64,000 nucleotides of DNA from Planctomycetota bacterium (GTDB taxonomy: Bacteria; Planctomycetota; SZUA-567; H5-PLA8). The stretch spans positions 1 through 64,000 of the forward strand of contig JBBRPR010000002.1 of NCBI GenBank assembly GCA_038227875.1, given 5' to 3'. Position 1 is the stretch's first letter, and every line of letters begins with the position of its first letter. Of the stretch, positions 51,021 to 61,282 are shown in pieces. The notes under the pieces were generated by a model. It was not told where the DNA came from and searched no databases. It saw only the letters and a list, made by a program, of their open reading frames with translations. A program made the translations under genes and the position numbers.

Positions 51021-52205
51021 ATGGCACAAAATCCACAACACATTACCGCTAAAATTCCGGCCGAAGGCAGTCAGGCGGAATTGGCTGCGGCACATGCGCA
51101 CGATCTGGCCAGCGTCACGGCGACGGTTGTCGCGATCAAGCGGATGCTCGCGCCGAACGCCACTGTCGATCTCGATGCGCTCACCGAACTCTCCACGACT
51201 TTCGATACGATCGGCAAAGACACCAGCCGGCGCCTGAATAAATGCGTGTCGTATTTGAGCGTCAACAATCTCGCGTCGGCCGTGGAGCTTTCTGAGGCGG
51301 CGCCGGCGCTCCTGGATGTACTGCGCCAAGTCGCCTCAGTGGATGCGAAAGCCTGGAACGCGCTGCTCGCCAAACACAAACGCGTGCCGCCGCCGCCGCT
51401 CAATTCGCGGCAAATGAAACAACTGGAGGACGCGTACGCGCAGCCGGAAGCGCTGGCGCTGCTGCGCAAAGCGTGTGATGCGCCGCAGCAGGCCAAGGCC
51501 AGCACGCTGGAGCGCATCGCCTCGGCGCGGCGGATGCGCCTGCTGGACCGCGGCAATCCCGATTGGATCACGCGGCTGTCAGCGCTGGAAGTGCGGCGGC
51601 AGAATGAAATTCTCGCCATCGTTTCCGCGAAGACCGCGCCGACGCACTCACTGCAGGATGCCGGCGAATTGGTTGCGGAACTCGCGCAGCCGCAATGGCT
51701 GGTTCTGCCGCCGCAGAAACTGATCGAGGCGGCGAAACAGTTTCAGAATCAAATCCGCCAGCAGGAACTGGAGGAGATGCTCGATGGTGTGCTCGATAAA
51801 ATTCTCGAAGCGCGCGAGCAGCATGATTATGTCGGGATGGAGAACATCCTCCGCGACGTCAAGTCGCTGAGCGACGACGCTGGGATTCCGCCCGGGCAGC
51901 TTGAGGCGATTCAGGAAGCGCGGGACTGGCTGGCGACGCAGAACGAGAAATTTCATCAGCAGATCAACGAGCTCGAACTGCTGCTCGACGATCTCGCGCC
52001 GTCGCGGCAAGTTCGATATGTCCTGCGTGAAATTGAAGAGACCGGACGGGCGCTGCCGCCGATCATGTTTCAGCGCACGACGTCGTACCTCGCGCAGCAC
52101 GACATCGGCGAGCGGCGGCGCTCACGCCAGCTGCGTGTCGTTTTGATTCTGGTGGCGCTGGCGGCCGCTGCTGCGGCAGTTTGGTATGTGATCAACAAGG
52201 CTTAA
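51021..52205 (+). CDS. Helical hypothetical protein with C-terminal TM anchor
   Basis: 394-aa ORF ending RRR...VVLILVALAAAAAAVWYVI; first gene of the ExbB/ExbD-like run. Confidence 0.7.
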   Translation: MAQNPQHITAKIPAEGSQAELAAAHAHDLASVTATVVAIKRMLAPNATVDLDALTELSTTFDTIGKDTSRRLNKCVSYLSVNNLASAVELSEAAPALLDVLRQVASVDAKAWNALLAKHKRVPPPPLNSRQMKQLEDAYAQPEALALLRKACDAPQQAKASTLERIASARRMRLLDRGNPDWITRLSALEVRRQNEILAIVSAKTAPTHSLQDAGELVAELAQPQWLVLPPQKLIEAAKQFQNQIRQQELEEMLDGVLDKILEAREQHDYVGMENILRDVKSLSDDAGIPPGQLEAIQEARDWLATQNEKFHQQINELELLLDDLAPSRQVRYVLREIEETGRALPPIMFQRTTSYLAQHDIGERRRSRQLRVVLILVALAAAAAAVWYVINKA

Positions 52206-52230
52206 AGGTTCCGCTCTACGGAGGTTCGCG

Positions 52231-53073
52231 ATGCTGTCATGGGAACTGGAAGACATTGAGCGGCGCTTGTGGTTTAAAGGCGGCAAGCAGACCAACGTCA
52301 GCCCGGTGTTGTCGCTGATCTTGGGGCTGCTGATGACGGCCGCGTTTTACGGCACGCTGCGCGTGTTTCCCGGAGCGTACTTCGCGCGCATCTGGACGGA
52401 ACTGGGCTGGGTGCCGTACGCGATCGCAATCATGTTCTTCTGGGGGCTAGCGGTATTGATTTTCAAGTGGCGCAAGCTGGCGCTGCAGAAACGCGCGCTG
52501 AACATTAGGGTTGTGCCGCTCGATTATGGCTTCGTCCTCTCCCCACAGTCGGCCGATCAGATCCTGGAGACGCTGTACAAGAGCGTGCAGGATCCGGAGC
52601 GCTTCATGCTCTTCAACCGCATCCTGCGCGCCTTGTCGAATCTGAAAAATCTCGGCCGCGTCGCCGACGTCGAAATCATCATCCGCGCGCAGTCGGACAT
52701 GGATCACAACGTCCTGGAAAGTTCGTACACGATTCTCAAGGGCATCATCTGGGCCATGCCGGTGCTCGGCTTTATCGGCACGGTGCTGGGCTTGTCGGAA
52801 GCGATCGGCGGCTTCGGTTCGGTGCTCGCGGCGGGGGGCGAATTGTCGGCGCTGCGCGATTCGCTGCGCGGCGTCGTTGCGGGATTGTCAGTGGCGTTCG
52901 GGACCACGTTCGAAGGGCTGATCACCACGCTGGTGCTGCAGATTGTCTTGAGCTTCTTTCGCAAGGCCGAGGAGGAATTTCACGAGGCGTGCGACGATTA
53001 CTGCCATCGTTATCTCGTCAGCCGCTTGCGAATGGTGAAGCAGGAAGAGTCTGAAGTGGAGGCGGTCCACTGA
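52231..53073 (+). CDS. MotA/TolQ/ExbB proton channel family protein
   Basis: WAMPVLGFIGTVLGL...GLSVAFGTTFEGL; GGAGG RBS. Confidence 0.88.
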   Translation: MLSWELEDIERRLWFKGGKQTNVSPVLSLILGLLMTAAFYGTLRVFPGAYFARIWTELGWVPYAIAIMFFWGLAVLIFKWRKLALQKRALNIRVVPLDYGFVLSPQSADQILETLYKSVQDPERFMLFNRILRALSNLKNLGRVADVEIIIRAQSDMDHNVLESSYTILKGIIWAMPVLGFIGTVLGLSEAIGGFGSVLAAGGELSALRDSLRGVVAGLSVAFGTTFEGLITTLVLQIVLSFFRKAEEEFHEACDDYCHRYLVSRLRMVKQEESEVEAVH

Positions 53074-53777
53074 TGCGAACCGACGGCGGCGCCAAAGTTT
53101 CGTTTCTCTTCTTCATCGACATCATGATGTGTATCAGCGGTGTGATGCTGTTCGTGATCATGCTGCTGATCCTCGACTTGTCGAATGGCGTGGGCTTGAC
53201 GGCCGGCGCGGAGAACGAAGCGAAGGCGGCCGTGCCGGAGTTGCACAAACAGATCGAAGCGCTTCAGCCGAAACTGGATGAACTGAAGCGCGCGGCGGAT
53301 GCGCCACCGGTGCCGGCGTTGCCTGTCGTAACCTTCAGCCCGGAGCAGACGGCCGAGCAGGAGAAAAAACTCGCGCAGCTTGAGAAGCAGCGCGCGGAAA
53401 TGGACGCGAAGATCGCGGACCTGAAGAAAAAGAAGGAAACGCAGAAGCCCGGCGGCGATTTTTCGATCGTTACATTTGAAATGCCCAACGACGACAGCAA
53501 ACGGCCGATGGTGGTCGTGGAATGCGCGCCGGATCGCTACACGGTTCAAGCTCCGGGTGGTCAGCCGCACGACATTACCTCCGAAGATCTGGAATCGCGG
53601 CTGGCGGAGGTGCTGCAATTGCTCTCGGCGTACGATGCGGAAAAGATTTCGGTGCTGGTGGTGGTGAAGCCCTCGGAATTCAAGAACGGGCGCATCGTGG
53701 TGAGTTCGTTGCGGAAACTGAAGTACCAGACCGGCATCGAGCCGATCACGGAAAATCAGTCAGCAATCAAGCGGTAA
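53073..53777 (+). CDS. ExbD/TolR-like membrane protein with coiled coil
   Basis: VSFLFFIDIMMCISGVMLF (TM Asp), coiled coil, VLVVVKP...GIEP; TGATG overlap. Confidence 0.65.
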   Translation: MRTDGGAKVSFLFFIDIMMCISGVMLFVIMLLILDLSNGVGLTAGAENEAKAAVPELHKQIEALQPKLDELKRAADAPPVPALPVVTFSPEQTAEQEKKLAQLEKQRAEMDAKIADLKKKKETQKPGGDFSIVTFEMPNDDSKRPMVVVECAPDRYTVQAPGGQPHDITSEDLESRLAEVLQLLSAYDAEKISVLVVVKPSEFKNGRIVVSSLRKLKYQTGIEPITENQSAIKR

Positions 53778-53880
53778 GGCAGCCCGTGGATTGACTCTTG
53801 TCCGACGCCGCGAAACGCCTTTAATGCCAGGCGTTTCACGGAGAACCCAGACGAAATTCACTCTTTTGGCGGGCTGCTAT

Positions 53881-54675
53881 ATGGCGCGTAGAAAAGTAGC
53901 GGAAGACGACGACAGCCTCGAGCTGTTCCTGAGCACCTCCTGCGACTCGTTCGGTGGGATCGTGTTCATCATGCTGCTGATCTGCCTGCTGCCGACGAAG
54001 AAGCTCGACAACCTGATCGCCGAACGCGATCGCGCGCGGGCGCAGTTGGCGCAGATTCAGTCGGAGATCGACAAGCTGCAGGACCGTGCGAAGCTCGCGT
54101 CGGCCCATGCTCCAAAACCGAAGGCCGATCCGCCGCCTCTTCAGGCCCAGCTGGCATCCGCGGAGAACGAGTTGAAGGTCCGCGAGCTGGAACGCACGGA
54201 GTTGGAAGCCTCGCTGGCGGAAGCGCCGCCCAAGCCCAAACCCGGAGGAGAACTGCGCTACACGCGGCGGCCGTATTTGCACGAGGTCGACAAGCAGACG
54301 TTTCCGATCGTGATTTTCGAAAACAAGGTGATGCTGCCGCAGGCGGGCAAGGATTTTCATCTGAACGAAGAGGATTTCGAACTCGTCCGCCTGCCCAAGA
54401 TCATGCAGTTCAAACCGCTCTCGGGAAAAGGCGTCGACACGAAGACGTGGCTCAAGTCTGCGGACGGGTTGAGAGATGTCACCGACCGGTTGCCGCGGGA
54501 TAAAATCGTCGTGAACATTCTGCTCTATCCCGACAGCGTCGCCAGCTTTGAAGCGGTGCGTTCGGCTTTCACGGCGCAGGGGTACGACTACAATTGGATG
54601 CCGTTGGCCCCCACCGAGCCGGTCAATCTGGCGACCGGTGGCGGATCGGGGACGACCAAGAACGACGCGCAGTGA
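53881..54675 (+). CDS. Second ExbD/TolR-like membrane protein with coiled coil
   Basis: MARRK..DDSLELFLSTSCDSFGGIVFIMLL, coiled coil, LLYPDSVASF...YNWMP. Confidence 0.65.
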   Translation: MARRKVAEDDDSLELFLSTSCDSFGGIVFIMLLICLLPTKKLDNLIAERDRARAQLAQIQSEIDKLQDRAKLASAHAPKPKADPPPLQAQLASAENELKVRELERTELEASLAEAPPKPKPGGELRYTRRPYLHEVDKQTFPIVIFENKVMLPQAGKDFHLNEEDFELVRLPKIMQFKPLSGKGVDTKTWLKSADGLRDVTDRLPRDKIVVNILLYPDSVASFEAVRSAFTAQGYDYNWMPLAPTEPVNLATGGGSGTTKNDAQ

Positions 54676-54680
54676 ACAGC

Positions 54681-54704
54681 TGCAGGCGGAACGCCTGCGC
54701 CACA
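54681..54704 (-). repeat. Single REP-like element (GTGG type)
   Basis: Minus strand tGTGGcgcaggcgttccgcctgca, after the operon stop. Confidence 0.45.
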
Positions 54705-54834
54705 ATTTTACTCGCGTTGGAATATAAAATGCTTCCGGTATGATGCGCAGATCGCTTAAGACGCCCCACCGACTGAAATTCGACTGATTATCGGCGCGGC
54801 GGCTCGAAATGACTCGTGTGGGAGTATTTTTGGT

Positions 54835-55383
54835 ATGACAGACGCGGCGTCCAGTCCGATCAGTCCAGCCTCACCCGAGGCGGTGCATCCGCCCGAAGCG
54901 CCGATTTTTTCGGGGTCGGTTTCGCTGTGGATGGGATTCAAGACGTTTGTGATGGTTGGGCTGCTGGAAATTCTCGCGGTTGCCGCGCTGATTTACAGTC
55001 TGACGCAGACGGGGAATTTCAAGCAGGTGCTGCTGATCGGCGGCGTGGCGCTGCTGCTGGCGACCAATATGATGCTGATGTACATCATCGGGCGGATCCG
55101 CAGCCAGCGCTACACGATCACCCGCAAACTGGTGGAACGCGAGCAGGGCCTGGTGGTGAAGCGCGTCGATTCGCTCGACCTGGCGCGCGTGAAAGACGTG
55201 GAGCTGACACAGTCTTTTCTCGACCGCACGCTGAATATCGGCACGATCGAATTGATTTCCGCCGACCGGCTCAATCCTGACATGCGCATCGAAGCGATTC
55301 CCAATCCGCGGCCCATTTATGAAGGGCTGCGCGACGCGGTGATCGCGATCAATCAACGGCGCGGGATCGTGACTTCGGAATGA
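54835..55383 (+). CDS. Bacterial PH-domain membrane protein
   Basis: Two TMs then RYTIT...GLV...LARVKDVELTQSFLDRTLNIGTIEL. Confidence 0.8.
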   Translation: MTDAASSPISPASPEAVHPPEAPIFSGSVSLWMGFKTFVMVGLLEILAVAALIYSLTQTGNFKQVLLIGGVALLLATNMMLMYIIGRIRSQRYTITRKLVEREQGLVVKRVDSLDLARVKDVELTQSFLDRTLNIGTIELISADRLNPDMRIEAIPNPRPIYEGLRDAVIAINQRRGIVTSE

Positions 55384-55757
55384 AAGTTTTCTTCCGCGTG
55401 ATGCTCTCGGCGCTGGTGGTCTTCGCCGGCGTGTTGCATTTCGTTCATCCCGAGCCGTTCGTGGCGATCGTGCCGGCGTTTTTGCCGGCGCCGCTGGCGT
55501 TGGTTTACATCAGCGGCTTTTTCGAAATCCTGGGCGGCATCGGCTTGCAGATTCCGCGCGTGCAGCGCGCAGCGGCGTGGGGATTGGTCGCGTTGTTCAT
55601 CGCGGTATTTCCGGCCAACGTTTACATGGCCATCTACCACGTGCCGTTTAATGGCGCTGTGTATCCGATCATGGGCTGGGTGCGCTTGCCGCTGCAGGCG
55701 GTGCTGGTGTATTGGGCCTATGTCTTCACCAAACCGACCCCCTCGACTCAAAACTAG
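55380..55757 (+). CDS. DoxX-like membrane protein
   Basis: AGVLHF, SGFFEILGG, AVFPANVYMA, RLPLQ. Confidence 0.82.
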   Translation: MKVFFRVMLSALVVFAGVLHFVHPEPFVAIVPAFLPAPLALVYISGFFEILGGIGLQIPRVQRAAAWGLVALFIAVFPANVYMAIYHVPFNGAVYPIMGWVRLPLQAVLVYWAYVFTKPTPSTQN

Positions 55758-56007
55758 ACCATACTTCCTGCCATAAATCCGCTACCGGACCCGCCTTGCC
55801 TGATTTTCAGAAAAGTCGCGCCATAGTGTAGTACCGCGGTGTACTTGGTTCTATGGCTAGGCCAAGATTTAAAATCACATGTGAATCTTGTAATCTGTTT
55901 AATAAAAATGGGTTAACGTACTTCTTTCGAATGCATTGGCTGGGAAAATGACTGACATAAAGCCATCTGGTTCCGGCTTCGAATGGGCATTGCGAGGACG
56001 ATTGATC

Positions 56008-59000
56008 ATGTCGAATGTGTGGATGGGTGTAGCGCTTTCACTGCTGGCAGTGTGCGGCGTTGCGTGTGCCGAAGAGGGCGGGGGAGCCGCGCACTTTTCG
56101 TGGCAGGAACCTCACGCCAAAGTGCTGCCCAGCGGCGGATTGGAATGGGCGCCAAAGCCATTCGTCTTCGAGAAGGGCGACTCGCTGCGCTACATCGACT
56201 TTGAAGCCGGCGACGACACGAAAGACGGCGCGTCGCAACAGACCGCGTGGAAGCATCATCCGTGGGACGCCAACGCCACGGGCGTGGCCAAGGCCTGCAA
56301 GGGCATTCAGACGTACGTGTTCAAAGGCGGCGTGATTTATCGCGGCGCGCTGGTCGTCGCCGAATCGGGGGCGCCGGGCAATCCCATTCGATTGACGTCC
56401 GATCCGGCGTGGGGCAAGGGAGAGGCGCTGTTCTATGGTTCGACACAGATTAAAGGCGGCTGGAAGAAGGGCAGCTCCGAAGAAGCGCCGGAGATCCCGA
56501 AGCCGGAGATCGTCTGGTATAACGACGTCGGCAAGGACTACGATCCGGATCCCGACCACGTCAAGTTCTCGTCGCTCTGGCAGGTCAGCGGCGACAAAGT
56601 CGAACGCATGCACATTGCCCGTGAACCCAACTACGATCTCGTCGATCCGAACAATCCCGTGAAGAGTTGGCCGACCTGGAGCGGCTTTGATCCGAAGACG
56701 TCGACGCTGACCTCACCGGCGCTGAAAAATCTGGGCGAGAAGAATCTGTTCAACGGCGCGGTGCTGTGGAGCGAGAGCGATTTCCTGATGGGCGCGGCGG
56801 TCTCGCGGCCGATGTCGGGCTATGTGTACAATCCCGAAGCTGGTTCGATAACGAGCAAGGAAATCTCGCCGCACTGGTTCAGCCGCATCCCGCACAACAA
56901 AGTTCATTTCATGATCGAGAACGTTGCCAAGTTTCTCGACGTACCCGGCGAATACTTTTTCGCGGTCAACGGTCCGAAAGCCGGACGCCTGTACGTCATT
57001 CCACCCGGCGGAGTCGACCCGAACACCGTCGTGTACGAAGTGGCGCAGACACGCTTTCCGATCTATATCGCCGACCAGCATGACATCACCATCAGCGGAC
57101 TGGAATTCCGCTACAACGATCCCGACGACGGCTCGGCACACGATTATTACGTGGGCTGCGGCGGTCCGTCGCCGTGCGTCCGCGTGCTGGGCAACTGCAC
57201 CAATCTGACGGTCAAGAATTGCAAATTTTATCACGTCGCCAACGCCATCGTGACCACGCTGCGGGCCGATGGCGATAATGCGCCGACCAACGACAAGGTG
57301 ATGGACAATATCATTATCACCGACAACGACATTCTGCACTCCGAACGCGGCGGCACGATTTCGATCAACGGCGACAGCCAGCGCGCGAAGGGCGCCGCCT
57401 ACGGGCAGCTCAAGCATGTCGAGATTCTGCGCAATCGCGTGGTTGATACGGGCTTCCGCTGCGGCTACAGCCCGTGGACCTCAATTCCGGCGATTTCCTT
57501 GAGCGACTGCGTCACCTGCGAGATCGCAGGCAACATCGTCGACACGAGTTTCGGCAACGGCATCATCACCTATGGCGGGAAGAGCTCCGGCGGAACCAAT
57601 TTTGTGCCGCTGACGCGCATGTACGTTCATCACAACCAGATCGACAACAGCATGCTGGGCTGCAACGACTACGGCGGCCTGGAACACTTTCAGGGCGGCC
57701 CGGTTTACCTCTACAACAACGTCGTTCACAACTGCATCGGCAACCGGACGCTGGGTGTGGAACTCGGCTACAGCCTCTACCTCGACGGCGGCTTCAAATG
57801 CTATTCCTTCAACAACATCCTGGCAGGGCTGGTGAAAGCAGGCGAGCCCGACTACTACAACAACTGTGGTTACTTCATGGTCTTCGGATTCATGGATCAG
57901 CTCTTTAACAACACGATCTTTCACTTCAACAACGCGTTGGATGGCAGTTCCGGAAATCGCTCGAACATCCTGGGCAACCTGATGGTGGATTGCAAAAACT
58001 CGTTCATCAGCCAGAACCGGCAAGGCGACGTGTCGATGGTGGCCGGCGGCGATACCGGCGCGATGGGACGCATGGGCATTCCGACCATGTCCTACGCGAG
58101 CAACGTTTATTTCGGAAAGCCGAAAGATTTCGGCTGCGTCGCCGGCACGGGAAACCTGGGCGGCGCCAAAGCTCCTGTTGTCCCCGGCAAAACGCTGGAA
58201 GAACTGCGCGACAAGTTGCAGGGCGAGAAATGCCGGCTCGGCACGCTCGGCTGGCACGTGACCGACGCGCCGCTGGCGGACCCGGTCAAGAAGGACTATC
58301 GGCTCACCGCCAATTCCGGCGCAAAGGAACGCGGCGTGAAGTACTTCGTTCCGTTCGCGCTGGCGCGCAACGTCGGTGAGTGGAATTTCTTCAAGAGCGC
58401 CTCGAGCCCGCAGGTCGTCCTGGGTGAAGGGTTCTACATGACCGACGAATACATCGGTCGCGACATGTACTACTTCATTCCGCGCAACGATCTGACTGTC
58501 TCCGAATGCAAGGCGGAAGATTATGTGGCCGGCACGCTCGAGGACTGGATCGAAGGCGCGCTGGTCTTCGACGGCAAGGACCGCGTGGCAACGCTGTCGC
58601 ATGCCGAGATGACCAAGAACATGGAATACCCTGGCAAGAACAATACGAAGATTCAGTACGATGGTTCCAAGCGCGAAACGCTGGACATGGCCGCCAATAA
58701 TTTCCTGATCGAAACCGTGTTCAAAACGGAAGCCGGTCAAACGAAGGGCGTGCTCGCGTCGAAAATGGCGCAGTCGGGCTACGAACTGGCGGTGGGTGCC
58801 GAAGGCGCTGTGACGCTGACGATCCAGGCCGGCGAGGCGAAAGCGACGGCGGCTTCGACGGCGAAAATCAACGACGGCAAGTGGCATCACGTCATTGCGG
58901 AAGTCGACCGCGCGGCCGGCAAGGCGACGTTCTATGTTGACGGCAAAGCGGCTGGCGAGGGGAAGCTCGACGGCGTTGCCAAGGATGCGGCGCTGTCGAA

Positions 59001-59196
59001 CGTGGCAGATTTTGTGGTGGGCAAGGGTTTCGCCGGAGCGATGGATTTCCTGCGCGTCTGCCGCGGCACGCTGGCCGAATCGCAGACGACGATCGGCGAA
59101 GTGTACGCCTGGGAATTTGACGGGCCGTTCTTGAAGGACTTCACCGGAAAGGCTCCGGCCGATGGCAAGCGCGACGCGGGAGCCATTGGGAGATAG
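56008..59196 (+). CDS. Secreted right-handed beta-helix protein with C-terminal LamG-like domain
   Basis: Signal peptide, GDDTKDG, FLDVPGEYF, repeated NN.I/HN.I rungs, INDGKWHHV...FYVDG. Confidence 0.75.
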   Translation: MSNVWMGVALSLLAVCGVACAEEGGGAAHFSWQEPHAKVLPSGGLEWAPKPFVFEKGDSLRYIDFEAGDDTKDGASQQTAWKHHPWDANATGVAKACKGIQTYVFKGGVIYRGALVVAESGAPGNPIRLTSDPAWGKGEALFYGSTQIKGGWKKGSSEEAPEIPKPEIVWYNDVGKDYDPDPDHVKFSSLWQVSGDKVERMHIAREPNYDLVDPNNPVKSWPTWSGFDPKTSTLTSPALKNLGEKNLFNGAVLWSESDFLMGAAVSRPMSGYVYNPEAGSITSKEISPHWFSRIPHNKVHFMIENVAKFLDVPGEYFFAVNGPKAGRLYVIPPGGVDPNTVVYEVAQTRFPIYIADQHDITISGLEFRYNDPDDGSAHDYYVGCGGPSPCVRVLGNCTNLTVKNCKFYHVANAIVTTLRADGDNAPTNDKVMDNIIITDNDILHSERGGTISINGDSQRAKGAAYGQLKHVEILRNRVVDTGFRCGYSPWTSIPAISLSDCVTCEIAGNIVDTSFGNGIITYGGKSSGGTNFVPLTRMYVHHNQIDNSMLGCNDYGGLEHFQGGPVYLYNNVVHNCIGNRTLGVELGYSLYLDGGFKCYSFNNILAGLVKAGEPDYYNNCGYFMVFGFMDQLFNNTIFHFNNALDGSSGNRSNILGNLMVDCKNSFISQNRQGDVSMVAGGDTGAMGRMGIPTMSYASNVYFGKPKDFGCVAGTGNLGGAKAPVVPGKTLEELRDKLQGEKCRLGTLGWHVTDAPLADPVKKDYRLTANSGAKERGVKYFVPFALARNVGEWNFFKSASSPQVVLGEGFYMTDEYIGRDMYYFIPRNDLTVSECKAEDYVAGTLEDWIEGALVFDGKDRVATLSHAEMTKNMEYPGKNNTKIQYDGSKRETLDMAANNFLIETVFKTEAGQTKGVLASKMAQSGYELAVGAEGAVTLTIQAGEAKATAASTAKINDGKWHHVIAEVDRAAGKATFYVDGKAAGEGKLDGVAKDAALSNVADFVVGKGFAGAMDFLRVCRGTLAESQTTIGEVYAWEFDGPFLKDFTGKAPADGKRDAGAIGR

Positions 59197-59251
59197 GACG
59201 ATAGAAAGATTGGGCGACAGTCTTTAAAACAGTGGCCAGAGGGCGACGATT

Positions 59252-60649
59252 CTGGAACGCACCGAGCTCACGCAGTACGGCATCACCTGGACGTTCGACC
59301 GCCCGGTGCAGTGCGGGACGTTTGTCACCGGGGATTGGTGGGTGGTGGGACCGGTGACGGTGACCGGCGTTTCGCCCATGCCGGGACCGGCCAACGCGAA
59401 TCAGGACACCGGCACGGTGAAAAGCATCTACGGCACAACGGCGATGATCGACGATCGCCGGATGCGCAACGGTTCGATGATCGTGCTGCGCGCGAGCGCC
59501 GACCAGGGTTACGACTCTCGGGTCGTGAATTACGATCCGTTGCAGACCGTTTCGTTTCCGTGCGCACTGCAGCCGGACCGCGCGCTGATTTCCACGAGCA
59601 GCAATCACACCAGTCCCGTCGAGGTGCTGCATCAGGCGCTGATGTGGCCGACGGAATCGCGCGGAGCTCTCGCGTTGAAAAGCGCCGCGGTGCTCACCTG
59701 CGTTGCGCAGGTCCCGCCGGCCGACGCGTTCCGACCGGCGTACGCGGGAACGATCAAGCCGCTCTATCGCGCCAGCGCGATTCAGTGGGAGCGACTTTCC
59801 CAGCTCGCGCCGCCGACAGCATGTCCGGTTCCAGACTGGGCGCAATTAGAGCGCTACTTCCAGCGCCCATGGCTGGACCACATCGATAGCTGGCTGCTGC
59901 AGCACATGGGGCCCAGCGAGAATCAGGTCAACTACGGCCGCGAATTCAGCCGCATCAATTCGATAGCCAGCCTGATGCTGCTGCTCGATGTTCCTCGCGA
60001 GAAGAATGAGAAACTGCTGCTCGGGTTTTTGCAGTGGGGCATTGATTTGGCTGGATTAGTCCACAGCGGACGGCGCTGGTTTGCGGATGGTGGACATTGG
60101 AATGGCCGCAAGTGGCCGATTCTTTTTGCGGGGATGTTGCTGGGCGATGCGAATTTGCAGGCGCTGCCGGCGTCGCCCGACGCGCTGTTCTCGGAAGATC
60201 AGCAGACATACTACGGACGCGGCTGGAAGGGACAGACGGCGCTGTACCAAATGGTCTGGCACACCTTTCCGCGCACGCCGTACGAGGAGAAAGCGCCGGA
60301 AGCATGGGACGCCAGCGATCGGCTCTCCGAGGGATACCGCGCCACGTGCTCGGTCGGCTGGCCGGGCACGGCGCTCGCTGCGCTTTTGATGAACGCCAAG
60401 GCGCTCTGGAATCACGACGCGTTTTTCGACTATTGCGATCGCTGGATGGAGCACGACACATTCCCCGAAAGGAAGTGTCTGCCCGTCGCGGGCAGCGCCG
60501 GTCACGCGGATCCGTTTGTCGAAGCGATGTGGCACATGTATCGCGCAAAGATTCCCAACCAGCCGCGCGGTTCCGTTCACCGCAAGTGGGTGTGGATCGA
60601 TCTTGAAAAGCGGTTGAGTAAATTTATATCAAACCAGTCTGGTGAATAA
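59252..60649 (+). CDS. Hypothetical protein; start uncertain (possible non-canonical codon)
   Basis: Frame open from 59228; TQYGITWTFDRP lies upstream of the first GTG (59306); RPWLDH, NYGRE, GGHWNGRKWPILFAG, FFDYCDRWM. Confidence 0.65.
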   Translation: MERTELTQYGITWTFDRPVQCGTFVTGDWWVVGPVTVTGVSPMPGPANANQDTGTVKSIYGTTAMIDDRRMRNGSMIVLRASADQGYDSRVVNYDPLQTVSFPCALQPDRALISTSSNHTSPVEVLHQALMWPTESRGALALKSAAVLTCVAQVPPADAFRPAYAGTIKPLYRASAIQWERLSQLAPPTACPVPDWAQLERYFQRPWLDHIDSWLLQHMGPSENQVNYGREFSRINSIASLMLLLDVPREKNEKLLLGFLQWGIDLAGLVHSGRRWFADGGHWNGRKWPILFAGMLLGDANLQALPASPDALFSEDQQTYYGRGWKGQTALYQMVWHTFPRTPYEEKAPEAWDASDRLSEGYRATCSVGWPGTALAALLMNAKALWNHDAFFDYCDRWMEHDTFPERKCLPVAGSAGHADPFVEAMWHMYRAKIPNQPRGSVHRKWVWIDLEKRLSKFISNQSGE

Positions 60650-60751
60650 GCAACACGTGGCTGTTTTGCGGGGAGGACATTTTCTACGGGCAACTAGCAT
60701 CTTGGCCGATACACGGTACAGTACCCGATACCAGGGGATTGAGCCGACGCT

Positions 60752-61282
60752 ATGAAATTACCGCGTGCCAAGAAGACGCCCGTACCGCCACCGCCTGAGA
60801 TCCCCGTCGATGAGAAACTCTGCACGAACTGCGGCAAGTGCTGCTACAAGAAGTTGCTCGTCGGCCGCATCGTGTATATCACGCCGTTTCCGTGCGAATT
60901 TCTCGACACCAAAACGAATCTCTGCACGATCTACGACCGCCGCAAGGAACTCAATCCGCTCTGCCTGTCCGTGCCTGAAGGGATGACGGTCAGCGCGTTT
61001 CCAACCGACTGCCCGTACGTTCCGATCCATGCGCCGAAAAATTACAAGCCGGCGTACGAGAAGGATTGGAGCGAGGAGTGGGACGACTTCGACGCGTTTG
61101 CCGACGACATGGAAGCGTCTCCGGAAATGCGCGCCATAGTTCATAAGCGCGGGCCGCACGCCAAGCCGATGTACACCGAAGCTGTTGTGCCGTCGCTGGT
61201 GGAACTGGCGCGGCCGCCGGTGGAAGTGGTGAACGCGAAAGCCGATGATAATGGAGCTCGCAGCGGGGCGCAAAGCCCATGA
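60752..61282 (+). CDS. CxxCxxCC (YkgJ/YcgN-like) Cys-cluster protein
   Basis: CTNCGKCC, PCEFLD, CTIYDRR, PTDCPY. Confidence 0.75.
   Translation: MKLPRAKKTPVPPPPEIPVDEKLCTNCGKCCYKKLLVGRIVYITPFPCEFLDTKTNLCTIYDRRKELNPLCLSVPEGMTVSAFPTDCPYVPIHAPKNYKPAYEKDWSEEWDDFDAFADDMEASPEMRAIVHKRGPHAKPMYTEAVVPSLVELARPPVEVVNAKADDNGARSGAQSP

Noticed and set aside
52231..54675. Zorya ZorAB call
   Set aside because: No long ZorA tail, no OmpA-like ZorB domain and no ZorC/D/E genes
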